DNA of 44,247 bases, taken from Candidatus Bipolaricaulota bacterium. Its GTDB lineage: Bacteria > Bipolaricaulota > Bipolaricaulia > UBA7950 > UBA9294. Both the position numbers and the translations under genes were made by a program. A model generated the notes under the pieces. It saw nothing but the letters and a program-made list of their open reading frames with translations. It made no database searches and was not told where the DNA came from. Positions 8,184 to 16,270 of this stretch are shown in pieces. The stretch is from the NCBI GenBank assembly GCA_026390315.1, contig JAPLGE010000103.1, forward strand, positions 1-44,247. The letters run 5' to 3'. Within the stretch, counting starts at the first letter, position 1. Every line of letters starts with the position of its first letter.

Positions 8184-9229
8184 CGACGCACGCACCGGGT
8201 TTGCCTCATCTCATCGAGTCGGAGAAGAGGCTCGACGAGACGATGTCTCGTCCATCGAGCGAGCTGGTCCGGTTCGCTCGGAGTCTGGGAGGGGACCTTC
8301 TCGTCCTCGGCGTAGGGGGAAAGGTCGGGCTCACCCTCGCCGCCCTGGCCGCGCGCGCGTTCCGGGAGGCCGGAACGTCCGCCCGCGTGATCGGGGTCTC
8401 GCGGTTCAGCGAGCCCGGGCAGAGGGAACGACTGGAAGAGAACGGGATCGAGACGATCTCCTGCGACCTGATGGATCGCTCCAAGCTCGAGAAGCTTCCG
8501 GACGCGAAGCACGTCGTCTTCAAGGCCGGCCGCAAGTTCGGCTCGACCGGCGGGGAACCGCTCACCTGGGCGGTGAACGTGTTCCTGCCCGGGCTCGTCG
8601 CGGAGCGGTTCGCCGAGTCGCGGATCGTGGCGTTCTCTACCGGGAACGTCTACCCGTTCGTGCCGGTCGACTCCGGCGGCGCCACGGAAGTGACGCGGCC
8701 GAGCCCGATCGGCGACTACGCCCAGTCCTGCCTGGGCCGGGAGCGGATCCTCGAGTACTTCTCCGAGAAGAACGGGACACCGATCGCCCTCATCCGCCTG
8801 AACTACGCTATCGACCTGCGATACGGGGTGCTCCTTGACCTCGCGCAGGCGGTGTTGGAGGGGCGGCTGATTGACCTGAGGATGTCCCACGTGAACGTGA
8901 TCTGGCAGGGAGACGCCTGCCACATGATCATGCGGTCGTTTGGCACCTGCGCCTCCCCGGCGAGGATCCTGAACGTCACCGGGCCGGAGGCTGTCTCGGT
9001 CCGGAGCGTGGCGGAGCGGTTCGGGGAGATCCTCGGCCGGGCCCCGCGGTTCGAGCACCAGGAGGAGGAGACGGCCCTTCTCGCGGATAGCTCCGAGGCG
9101 TGCCGGCTCTTCGGCGGCCCTCCGACGTCGGTCGAGCAGATGATCCGTTGGCTGGCTCATTGGGTGGAGATCGGCGGCCCGACCTACGACAAGCCCACCC
9201 ACTTCACCGAGAGAAGGGGGGAGTTCTGA
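8180..9229 (+). CDS. NAD(P)-dependent epimerase/dehydratase-family oxidoreductase
   Basis: Rossmann motif VLGVGGKVG with SDR-extended architecture. GAAGGAGAAGG SD. The stop overlaps the next start (TGATG at 9227-9231). Confidence 0.8.
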   Translation: MTTHAPGLPHLIESEKRLDETMSRPSSELVRFARSLGGDLLVLGVGGKVGLTLAALAARAFREAGTSARVIGVSRFSEPGQRERLEENGIETISCDLMDRSKLEKLPDAKHVVFKAGRKFGSTGGEPLTWAVNVFLPGLVAERFAESRIVAFSTGNVYPFVPVDSGGATEVTRPSPIGDYAQSCLGRERILEYFSEKNGTPIALIRLNYAIDLRYGVLLDLAQAVLEGRLIDLRMSHVNVIWQGDACHMIMRSFGTCASPARILNVTGPEAVSVRSVAERFGEILGRAPRFEHQEEETALLADSSEACRLFGGPPTSVEQMIRWLAHWVEIGGPTYDKPTHFTERRGEF

Positions 9230-10044
9230 TGTCCACGCGCATGAGGCCGGAAGCCCTCCTAGCTCTCCGCCGTGGAGCCGTCATCCCCGCTCACCCACTG
9301 GCGCTCACGCCGAGTCGGAAGCTCGACGAGAGGAGGCAGCGCGCCCTGACTCGCTACTACCTCGCCGCCGGGGCGGGGGGGATCGCGGTCGGGGTCCACA
9401 CCACGCAGTTTGAGATCCGGGAGAAGCGGCACGGCCTGCTGCGGCCGGTGCTCGAGCTCGCGGCGGAGACGGCGAAGGAAGAGGCTCCGGCCGCGATCCG
9501 CGTCGCCGGGGTCTGCGGCCGGCTCGACCCAGGCGCTCGCCGAGGCGAGGCTCGCCCGCGGCCTCGGCTACGACCTTGGCCTCCTCAGCCTGGCCGCCCT
9601 TCCTGAGGCGGACGACGACGAGCTGCTCCGACACTGTCGGGCGGTGTCGGAGGTCCTGCCGGTGATGGGGTTCTATCTCCAGCCTGCGGTGGGCGGGCGG
9701 CTCCTCTCGCGGGGGTTCTGGGCCCGGTTCTCCGAGATCGAGAACGTCGCGGCGATCAAGATTGCGCCGTTCAGCCGGTACTTGACGCTCGACGTGGCGC
9801 ACGGGGTCGCCGAGAGCGGACGGGCGGCCGAGATTGCGCTCTACACGGGGAACGACGACCACATCATGCAGGACCTCGTCACGCCGCTCGATGTTCGCGT
9901 GGGAAAGGGGGTCGTCTCCCTTCGGATCGTGGGCGGGCTGCTCGGGCAGTGGGCCGCGTGGACGAGGCCGGCGGTCGAGACCTTCGAGAGGGTGCGGGCG
10001 ATCGTGGAGGGGTGTAATGCCCAACAGAAGGCCAGCCTAGGCAC

Positions 10045-10118
10045 TGGTTGGGAGAGGAGGATTCGAACCCCCACTAACAGGGCCAGAGCCTGTCGTCCTG
10101 CCATTAAACGATCTCCCA
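10045..10118 (-). tRNA. tRNA-Gln (anticodon CUG), CCA encoded
   Basis: Hand-folded 74-nt cloverleaf. Acceptor stem TGGGAGA/TCTCCCA. Anticodon stem ACAGG/CCTGT with loop CTCTGGC (T33, CTG, G37). T arm GGGGG-TTCGAAT-CCTCC. Discriminator A plus CCA. Confidence 0.9.
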
Positions 10119-10130
10119 GTTCGCCGTCGC

Positions 10131-10160
10131 ATCTTATGCAAGGCGGGTGGGCTCTGTCAA
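10131..10160 (-). promoter_or_regulatory. promoter of tRNA-Gln
   Basis: The minus strand reads TTGACA (10160-10155), 18-nt spacer, TAAGAT (10136-10131). The -10 box ends 12 nt before the mature tRNA 5' end. Confidence 0.6.
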
Positions 10161-10168
10161 GAACGCGG

Positions 10169-10198
10169 TTGCCACGCGCTCCGCGATGGGGCTAGAAT
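10169..10198 (+). promoter_or_regulatory. promoter of the Memo-like/yicC/gmk/acpS operon
   Basis: TTGCCA (10169-10174), 18-nt spacer, TAGAAT (10193-10198). Only 9 nt separate the -10 box from ATG 10208, and they contain no SD. Confidence 0.6.
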
Positions 10199-10207
10199 CG
10201 CCGTGCG

Positions 10208-11038
10208 ATGAAAGGGGTTCGAGAGCCGATCGTGGCCGGTGCGTTCTACCCGGGAACAGCGGCGGCCCTCTCCGCGGCGATCGATGGTCTCCTGCCGGCA
10301 ACGGTTCCCGCGGCGAAGGCGCCTCTGGCCGGACCTGTCGGGCTCGTGGTTCCTCACGCGGGCTACGTCTACTCGGGAGGCGTGGCGGCAGCGGGATTCT
10401 CCGAGCTCGCGCGTCGGGGCCGGCCGGAGTGGGTCCTTGTCCTGGGCGCAAACCACACGGGACTCGGGCGCCCCCTTTCCCTGGCCCGCGTGGGGTCCTG
10501 GCGGACTCCGTTGGGGACAGCGCCGATCGCGACGGACGTGGCGGATCGGCTCGCGGGCGAGGGCATCGCCGTGGCCGAGGAGGCCTTCCTGCGCGAGCAC
10601 TCGGTCGAGGTCGAGCTCCCGTTCCTCCAGCATCTGTTCGGCTCCGAGATCCCGTTCGTCCCAATCGCGGTGATGCTCCAGCCCCTCGACGGCTTGGTCG
10701 CGGCTGGGGAACGGATCGCGGACGTCGTCCGAGGACAGGGCGCGGCGGTCGTCGTGAGCAGCGACTTCACCCACTACGAACCGCAGGATGTGGCGGAGGA
10801 GATCGATCAAAGGGCGATCGAGAGGATCCTTGCTCTGGATGTGGACGGGTTCTACGAGAGCCTCGTGCGCGAGGATCTCTCGATCTGCGGCGGTGCCGCG
10901 ATTGTCGTTGTGATGGCCGTGGCGCGCCGCCTAGGTTGGGCGGAGGCCCGCCTCCTCGCCTATGGGACGTCGGGGGACGCGACGGGGGACCGGCGCGCCG
11001 TCGTGGGCTACGCGTCGATCGTTCTTGCGGAGGGGTGA
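10208..11038 (+). CDS. amrB: MEMO1-family protein (AmmeMemoRadiSam system protein B-like)
   Basis: REPIVAGAFYPG N-terminus, VVPHAGYVYSG, EHSVEVELPFLQ, SSDFTHYE and ICGGAAI blocks are typical of the Memo family. Confidence 0.9.
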   Translation: MKGVREPIVAGAFYPGTAAALSAAIDGLLPATVPAAKAPLAGPVGLVVPHAGYVYSGGVAAAGFSELARRGRPEWVLVLGANHTGLGRPLSLARVGSWRTPLGTAPIATDVADRLAGEGIAVAEEAFLREHSVEVELPFLQHLFGSEIPFVPIAVMLQPLDGLVAAGERIADVVRGQGAAVVVSSDFTHYEPQDVAEEIDQRAIERILALDVDGFYESLVREDLSICGGAAIVVVMAVARRLGWAEARLLAYGTSGDATGDRRAVVGYASIVLAEG

Positions 11039-11039
11039 A

Positions 11040-11900
11040 ATGGTCTACAGCATGACGGGCTTCGGGACAGGAGCGTCGAGGAGCGGCCTTCGTCGCGCGG
11101 ACGTGACGATCCGCACCCTAAACCATCGCTACCTCTCTGTTCGTTTGCGCTCCCTGTCCGACTGGCCGCTCCTTCAGACCCAGGTGGAAGAGGCCCTGCG
11201 GAAGGCCTTCTCCCGTGGCGAGATCGACGTGTGGGTGGCCCTCGGGCTCGGCGACGACGGGGCGTCGGAGACACTCTTCGAGAGGGGCCGAGTGGCGCGG
11301 TGCGTCGAAGAGCTGCGACGGCTGTGCGAGGAGTTCCGATTGCCCACGCCGTGCCTTGGCGACCTGATTCGGGTAGGAGCGCTCGAGGCGATCCCGCCCC
11401 CGGAGGAGGACTTGTGGAGCCTCCTCGAGCCGGCCCTCAGTGAGGCAATGAAGGGGGCACTCGCCGCGCGGCGGGAGGAAGGGAGTCTTATCGGTCGGGA
11501 GCTGGCTCGGATTCTGGACGAGCTGGAGTCGTTGGTCGGGTCGGTCAAGGTGCGGGTCCCGGCGCTGCGGGAGGCGCTCCGCGAGCGGCTCCTCGGCCGG
11601 ATCGCCGCCCTCCAGATCGAGGCCGATCCGGCGCGCCTCGAGACCGAGGTGGCCTTGCTCGCGGACCGGTGCGACGTGGAGGAGGAAGTGACGCGGCTCG
11701 AGGGCCACCTCGGCCGCGCCCGCGGCCTCCTGGGGAGAGAAGGGCCGATGGGGAAAGAGCTTGACTTCCTATCGCAGGAACTCCTCCGGGAGGTGAACAC
11801 CCTCGGCGCGAAGTCGCGCGACCTGGAAGTCAGTTCCCTCGTCCTCGACATGAAGATCGCGGTCGAGCGGTTCAAGGAGCAAGCGCAGAATGTCGAGTGA
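11040..11900 (+). CDS. yicC: YicC-family stress-induced protein
   Basis: MVYSMTGFG N-terminus and C-terminal FKEQAQNVE signature. ATG 11040 lies 1 nt after the upstream stop; the track ORF start at 10962 was trimmed. Confidence 0.9.
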   Translation: MVYSMTGFGTGASRSGLRRADVTIRTLNHRYLSVRLRSLSDWPLLQTQVEEALRKAFSRGEIDVWVALGLGDDGASETLFERGRVARCVEELRRLCEEFRLPTPCLGDLIRVGALEAIPPPEEDLWSLLEPALSEAMKGALAARREEGSLIGRELARILDELESLVGSVKVRVPALREALRERLLGRIAALQIEADPARLETEVALLADRCDVEEEVTRLEGHLGRARGLLGREGPMGKELDFLSQELLREVNTLGAKSRDLEVSSLVLDMKIAVERFKEQAQNVE

Positions 11901-12516
11901 AGGGATCGTACGCCTGCGGCGGGGCGCGGGGCGGGGCCTCGCGTTCGTCGTGTCCGGCCCCTCGGGCGCGGGAAAGAACTCGGCGATCGACCGGGTCATG
12001 GCCCGGGTGCCAGGGCTCTCCTACTCCGTCTCGTACACCACGCGGCGTCGGCGCGCGGGGGAGACGGACGGGGTGGACTACCGGTACGTCTCGCGGGCGG
12101 AGTTCGACCGCCTCGTCGCTTGCGGCGAGCTCCTCGAGCACGTCACGTACCTGGGCGACGAGTACGGGACGTCGCGCGCGCAGGTCAAAGAGCGCTTCGC
12201 CCAAGGGAAGGACGTGGTTCTGAACATCGATGTCGAAGGGGCGAAGACCGTGCGTCGGCAAGGCCTGGCCGAGTTCTCGGTCGTCTTCATCTTCTTTGCG
12301 CCGGCGTCGCTTGACCAGCTGGGAGAGCGTCTCGCGGAGAGAGGGACGGAGAGCGAGCGAGAGATCGCCGCGCGCCTCGAGGTCGCGGCGCGGGAGATGG
12401 AGGCAATTGTGCTCTTTGACTACCTCGTCGTCAACGAGAAGCTTGACCAGGCGGTCGAGGAGCTGGCGTCGATCATCGTCGCCGAGCGCTCGCGGATCGT
12501 GGTCGCGGGTGACTAG
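11890..12516 (+). CDS. gmk: guanylate kinase
   Basis: P-loop SGPSGAGK, YSVSYTTRRRRAGETDGVDYRYVS, and the EHVTYLGDEYGTS block. Confidence 0.93.
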   Translation: MSSEGIVRLRRGAGRGLAFVVSGPSGAGKNSAIDRVMARVPGLSYSVSYTTRRRRAGETDGVDYRYVSRAEFDRLVACGELLEHVTYLGDEYGTSRAQVKERFAQGKDVVLNIDVEGAKTVRRQGLAEFSVVFIFFAPASLDQLGERLAERGTESEREIAARLEVAAREMEAIVLFDYLVVNEKLDQAVEELASIIVAERSRIVVAGD

Positions 12517-12883
12517 GGTCGGCATCGACGCGGTAGAGGTGTATCGGATCGAGGCGCTCTACCGTCGCTTTGGAGAGCGCTTCCTCGAGCGCTTGTACAC
12601 GCCGACGGAAGTCGCCTACGCTGAGGCTGCCTGCGGGAGCCGTCGCTTTGAGCGACTGGCCGCGCGGTTTGCCGCGAAAGAAGCCCTGATCAAAGCCGCC
12701 GGACGTCCGCTCCCGTATCGAGCGATCGAGGTAACGTCCGCACCGGGCGGGCGGCCGCTTGTTCGCTGTGCCTTGGTGGACGGTCAAATCCAGGCGAGCC
12801 TCTCCCACACGGAGAGGCTGGCCGTCGCGTGCGTGATCCTGGAAGAGACTACTTCCTCCCCACGCCCGTCTGCGTGGACTTGA
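12509..12883 (+). CDS. acpS: holo-[acyl-carrier-protein] synthase
   Basis: GTG 12509 overlaps the gmk stop. VGIDAVEVYRI, FAAKEALIKA and SLSHTERLAVACVILE are AcpS blocks. A short non-conserved tail overlaps the hup 3' end. Confidence 0.85.
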   Translation: MTRVGIDAVEVYRIEALYRRFGERFLERLYTPTEVAYAEAACGSRRFERLAARFAAKEALIKAAGRPLPYRAIEVTSAPGGRPLVRCALVDGQIQASLSHTERLAVACVILEETTSSPRPSAWT

Positions 12884-13160
12884 GGTTCTTCTCAATCTGT
12901 CGCTTCAGTTCCTTGCCAGGCTTGAACAGAGGGACGACCTTTGAGGCGACCTGAATCGGCCGCTTGGTCTGAGGATTGATGCGGCTGCTCGCCTTGCGGG
13001 CCCGCACGGCGAACTTGCCGAACCCTACGAGCTTGACCTCTTCACCCTGGAGCAGGGTGTCCTGAATGAGGTCGAGGACCGAGTCCAGAAGCTTGCGCGC
13101 CTCTTTCTTGGTCAGGTCCGTCGAGTCGGCCAGCCGATCGATGAATTCGCCCTTGTTCAT
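12849..13160 (-). CDS. hup: HU-family DNA-binding protein
   Basis: MNKGEFIDRLA...LVGFGKFAVRARKASSRINPQTKRPIQVASKVVPLFKPGKELK is the HU/IHF fold signature. AAGGAGG SD. Confidence 0.92.
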   Translation of the reverse strand: MNKGEFIDRLADSTDLTKKEARKLLDSVLDLIQDTLLQGEEVKLVGFGKFAVRARKASSRINPQTKRPIQVASKVVPLFKPGKELKRQIEKNLKSTQTGVGRK

Positions 13161-13196
13161 GGTGTTGTCCTCCTTGGTGGAATTGGTTCTGCCTGC

Positions 13197-14927
13197 TTAT
13201 TCTTCTTCCTCAAGACCCTTGTCGCCCAACATGTCGCGCATGCTCAGGGTCTCGTGCCCGCCGCCATCCTGTAGGAACGAGTCCTCGATGCGCTCCCGCT
13301 TGCGCGGGCGCTTTCCGGCAACGCGGGGCGGGCGAGAGGGCGGGACTGCGGGAGGTCCGAACAGGTTGCGCATGCTCAAGCGAACCTGCTTCTTCTCCTC
13401 GTTGATCCCGATGATCTTCGCCTGGACCTTGTCGCCGACGGTGAGCACTTCGGTCGGTGTCGCGATCCGCTGGTCGCTGATCTCGGAGACGTGGATCAAC
13501 CCGTCGACGTCGTCGGTGATCTTCATGAACGCGCCGAAGTCCTTGATCTCCGTGATCTCTCCCTCGACCAGCGAGTCGATAGCGTACCGCTCGACGAACT
13601 GGCGCCAGGGATCGGTCTTCAGCGCGCGGATCGAGAGGCTGATCCGGCGTTCCTTCGGGTCGACGTTCAGGATCTTGACCTCGACGGTCTGGTGTTCCTT
13701 GAGGACGTCGCGCGGATGGGCCACGTGCCCCCAGTCGAGCTCGGAGACGTGGACGAGTCCCTCCACGCCGTCCTCGAGCTTCACGAAGGCGCCGAAGTCA
13801 GTGATCTTGGTGACCTCGCCGGTCACGCGCTGGCCCCGCGGGTACTTCGCCTCGACGTTCTCCCACGGGTCGCGCTGCGTGCGGCGGAGCGAGAGGCTGA
13901 TGCGATGGGCCGTCTCGTCACAGCTGAGCACCACGACCTCTACCTCGTCCGCCTCATGCACGACCTCGCGAGGGTTCTCCGGGTAGCCCCAGGAGAGTTC
14001 GGAGATGTGCACCAGTCCCTCGACATCCTTCTCCAGCTCGACGAAGGCTCCGAAGTCCGTGACGCTGACGACGCGGCCCTTCACGCGGGTCCCCGCGGGA
14101 TAGCGCGCCGAGATCCCTGCCCACGGGTTCGGCCGCAGCTGCTTGATTGAGAGCGAAATCTTGGCTTTGGCCTGGTCGAAGTCGATCACCTTGACCTTGA
14201 CGCGGTCCCCCACCTTGTAGTCGGCTGGGGGAACCGGCAGGTCCTTCCAGGCGATCTCCGAGCGATGGACGAGCCCCTCGAATCCGCCGATGTCGACGAA
14301 CAGCCCGAAGTCGACCACGCTGCGGATCGTCCCCTCGATCTCCTGCCCGGGGACGAGGGATCCGAAGAGAGCGAGCTTCCGCTGCTCCTCCATTCCCTTG
14401 AGGTAGGCCTTGTGCGAGACGACCAGGTTCTTGTCGCGGCGGGAGAGCTCGAGGATCTTGACCAGGATTCGCTTCCCTCTCAGCTCCGCGATGGCGCTCG
14501 GGAGATCGGTTCCCAGGTGTGAACCAGGGAGGAAGGCGCGGATGCCATCGAGATTCACGTGGTATCCGGCGTTCTTCACCTCGTTGGTGACTTCTCCCTC
14601 CACGGGCGTGCCGTCCCGGTAGGCCTGTTCCAGCATCTCAATGCGTTTCTCGTACTCGGCTTGCTTCTCCGAGGCGTAGACCGTTCCTTTCTCCTCATCG
14701 ATGTAGGTGACGAGCACCTCGATCTCTTCCCCTTCCTCGATTCTCCCTTCCTCGCGGAAGGGGGAGAGCTCGCTCACAGGAAGGATTCCCTCGGACTTGT
14801 ACCCGATGTCGACGAGGATCTCGTTCTCGTTCACCTGGACGACGGTCCCGGTGATGGTGTCTCCCCGGCTGTACGACTTGACGTCGCTCTCGGAGAAGGC
14901 ATCTTCCATCTTGATCTTCTTTTCCAT
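13197..14927 (-). CDS. rpsA: 30S ribosomal protein S1
   Basis: Repeated S1 OB-fold units (G.V..V..FGAFV.L..GV.GLVH.SE). I prefer ATG 14927, which has an AGGTGG SD 8 nt upstream, over the GTG at 14939. Basic and acidic C-terminal tail. Confidence 0.92.
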   Translation of the reverse strand: MEKKIKMEDAFSESDVKSYSRGDTITGTVVQVNENEILVDIGYKSEGILPVSELSPFREEGRIEEGEEIEVLVTYIDEEKGTVYASEKQAEYEKRIEMLEQAYRDGTPVEGEVTNEVKNAGYHVNLDGIRAFLPGSHLGTDLPSAIAELRGKRILVKILELSRRDKNLVVSHKAYLKGMEEQRKLALFGSLVPGQEIEGTIRSVVDFGLFVDIGGFEGLVHRSEIAWKDLPVPPADYKVGDRVKVKVIDFDQAKAKISLSIKQLRPNPWAGISARYPAGTRVKGRVVSVTDFGAFVELEKDVEGLVHISELSWGYPENPREVVHEADEVEVVVLSCDETAHRISLSLRRTQRDPWENVEAKYPRGQRVTGEVTKITDFGAFVKLEDGVEGLVHVSELDWGHVAHPRDVLKEHQTVEVKILNVDPKERRISLSIRALKTDPWRQFVERYAIDSLVEGEITEIKDFGAFMKITDDVDGLIHVSEISDQRIATPTEVLTVGDKVQAKIIGINEEKKQVRLSMRNLFGPPAVPPSRPPRVAGKRPRKRERIEDSFLQDGGGHETLSMRDMLGDKGLEEEE

Positions 14928-15026
14928 GGTTAGGACCACCTGTTAAATGGGTTCCCCGCTCCCTTGCATCTCCGGGGCGGGCTCTTCAAACCGTGTGATT
15001 CTATCCGATATCATCCTCCTTGTTGC

Positions 15027-15659
15027 TCACGCGGCGTCGACCCGCTGCATCAGCCGCTCACTCAGGAGGCGGTGGCGCTCCGCTCGATTGCCCGCACCCT
15101 GGACCTCCTCCTCAAGCTCGGACACGCTGAACGGCCGGCCGATCGTGACGGTGATCCGCGGGAAGCGGAAGGGGTAGCGCGGCGGGTAGGGTCCCTGGGC
15201 GGCAATCCGCACAGGAAGAAGCTCCTTGCCAGTCAGCTGAGCGAAATGGATTGCGCCGGCCTTGGCATCCACGGCTTGGCGCGTCGTTCCCTCGGGAAAG
15301 ATCCCGATCAACGGCTCGCGCCTGATCGACTCGAGCATCCGCCGGAAGTCGCTCTTCGTGAACTTCTCCCGGTCGATCGCCGTGGCGTACAGCCTGATCA
15401 GCGGATTGAAGACTGGATTCTTCATGAGTCCGCGCCGGGCGATGAAGTGGATTCGGTGCCGGAAGCCGAAGGCGACGGCGAGCAGAGGAATGTCCCAGTA
15501 GCTGCGGTGACGGGCGACCGCAATGTAGCCACGCCCTCGCTTCACGATCTCTCGCCCCTTGACGCGAAGGCCAAACAGCCCCTTCGTCACAACGAGGAGG
15601 ATGAGCGAGACCAGCGTGTAGAAGGCTCCCTTGAGGAAGTTCTTGAGCTGGCGCGTCAA
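15027..15659 (-). CDS. plsC: 1-acyl-sn-glycerol-3-phosphate acyltransferase
   Basis: HX4D box (ARHRSYWD) and FPEGT box, with an N-terminal TM helix. A TTG start at 15659 forms a TTGA overlap with the cmk stop. The track ORF's 179-codon 5' extension lies inside cmk and is rejected. Confidence 0.8.
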   Translation of the reverse strand: MTRQLKNFLKGAFYTLVSLILLVVTKGLFGLRVKGREIVKRGRGYIAVARHRSYWDIPLLAVAFGFRHRIHFIARRGLMKNPVFNPLIRLYATAIDREKFTKSDFRRMLESIRREPLIGIFPEGTTRQAVDAKAGAIHFAQLTGKELLPVRIAAQGPYPPRYPFRFPRITVTIGRPFSVSELEEEVQGAGNRAERHRLLSERLMQRVDAA

Positions 15660-16270
15660 CGTTCCCGTAACCGCTCCTTGACCAGGTCTTGAGCCTCGGA
15701 AATCACCTCGTCGAGGCTCTTTCGATCGGTATCGATTATAGTCGCATCGCAAGCGGGGTTCAAGGGGGCGACGTCCCGGGTGCGGTCGCGTTCGTCGCGG
15801 GCGATGAGCTCTTCCAGGGTGAGGGAGACGTCGGGAGCGTTTCGCTCGCGCGCCCGTCGCAGGGCGCGTTCGCGGGCGCTCGCTTGGAGAAAGATCTTCA
15901 CGTCGGCGCGCGGCAGGACGACCGTGCCAATATCGCGTCCCTCCATGACGACGTCCTGTCCGGCGGCGATGCGGCGCTGCAGATCGACCAGCCGCTCCCG
16001 AACCTCCCGGCGGGTGGCGACCTTGGAGGAGGCCTCGTCGAGGCGGGGGGTGTGGAGGAGGTCCGTGACGTCCTCCCCGTTCAGGAAGAGGTGCCCGTTC
16101 TTGTCTATGGTGAGGTCGATCTCGGCGAGGGGAAGGCCCCGCTCGGCGCCGAGGGCGACCGCGCGGTACATCTTCCCCGTCTCCACGAACAGGCACCCGA
16201 ATCGGCTCGCCAAGGCCCTGCCGAGACTCGTCTTGCCCGCCGCGGCGGGGCCGTCAATCGCAATCTGCAT
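15656..16270 (-). CDS. cmk: cytidylate kinase
   Basis: MQIAIDGPAAAGKTS P-loop and VMEGRDIGTVVLP. Start trimmed to ATG 16270. Confidence 0.9.
   Translation of the reverse strand: MQIAIDGPAAAGKTSLGRALASRFGCLFVETGKMYRAVALGAERGLPLAEIDLTIDKNGHLFLNGEDVTDLLHTPRLDEASSKVATRREVRERLVDLQRRIAAGQDVVMEGRDIGTVVLPRADVKIFLQASARERALRRARERNAPDVSLTLEELIARDERDRTRDVAPLNPACDATIIDTDRKSLDEVISEAQDLVKERLRER

Larger units (their letters stand above)
9229..10195 (+). pseudogene. dihydrodipicolinate synthase (DapA/NAL)-family protein, frameshifted and apparently 3'-truncated at tRNA-Gln
   Basis: Frame 1 reads MSTRMRPEALLALRRGAVIPAHPLAL...IRVAGVCG. Homology then continues in frame 2 (GSTQALAEARLARGLGYD...NVAAIKIAPFS...GGLLGQWAAWT), switching at the GGCCGGC run near 9518-9524. 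After about 10020 the translation turns Arg/Ser/Pro-rich and runs antisense through the tRNA to a stop at 10195. Confidence 0.6.
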
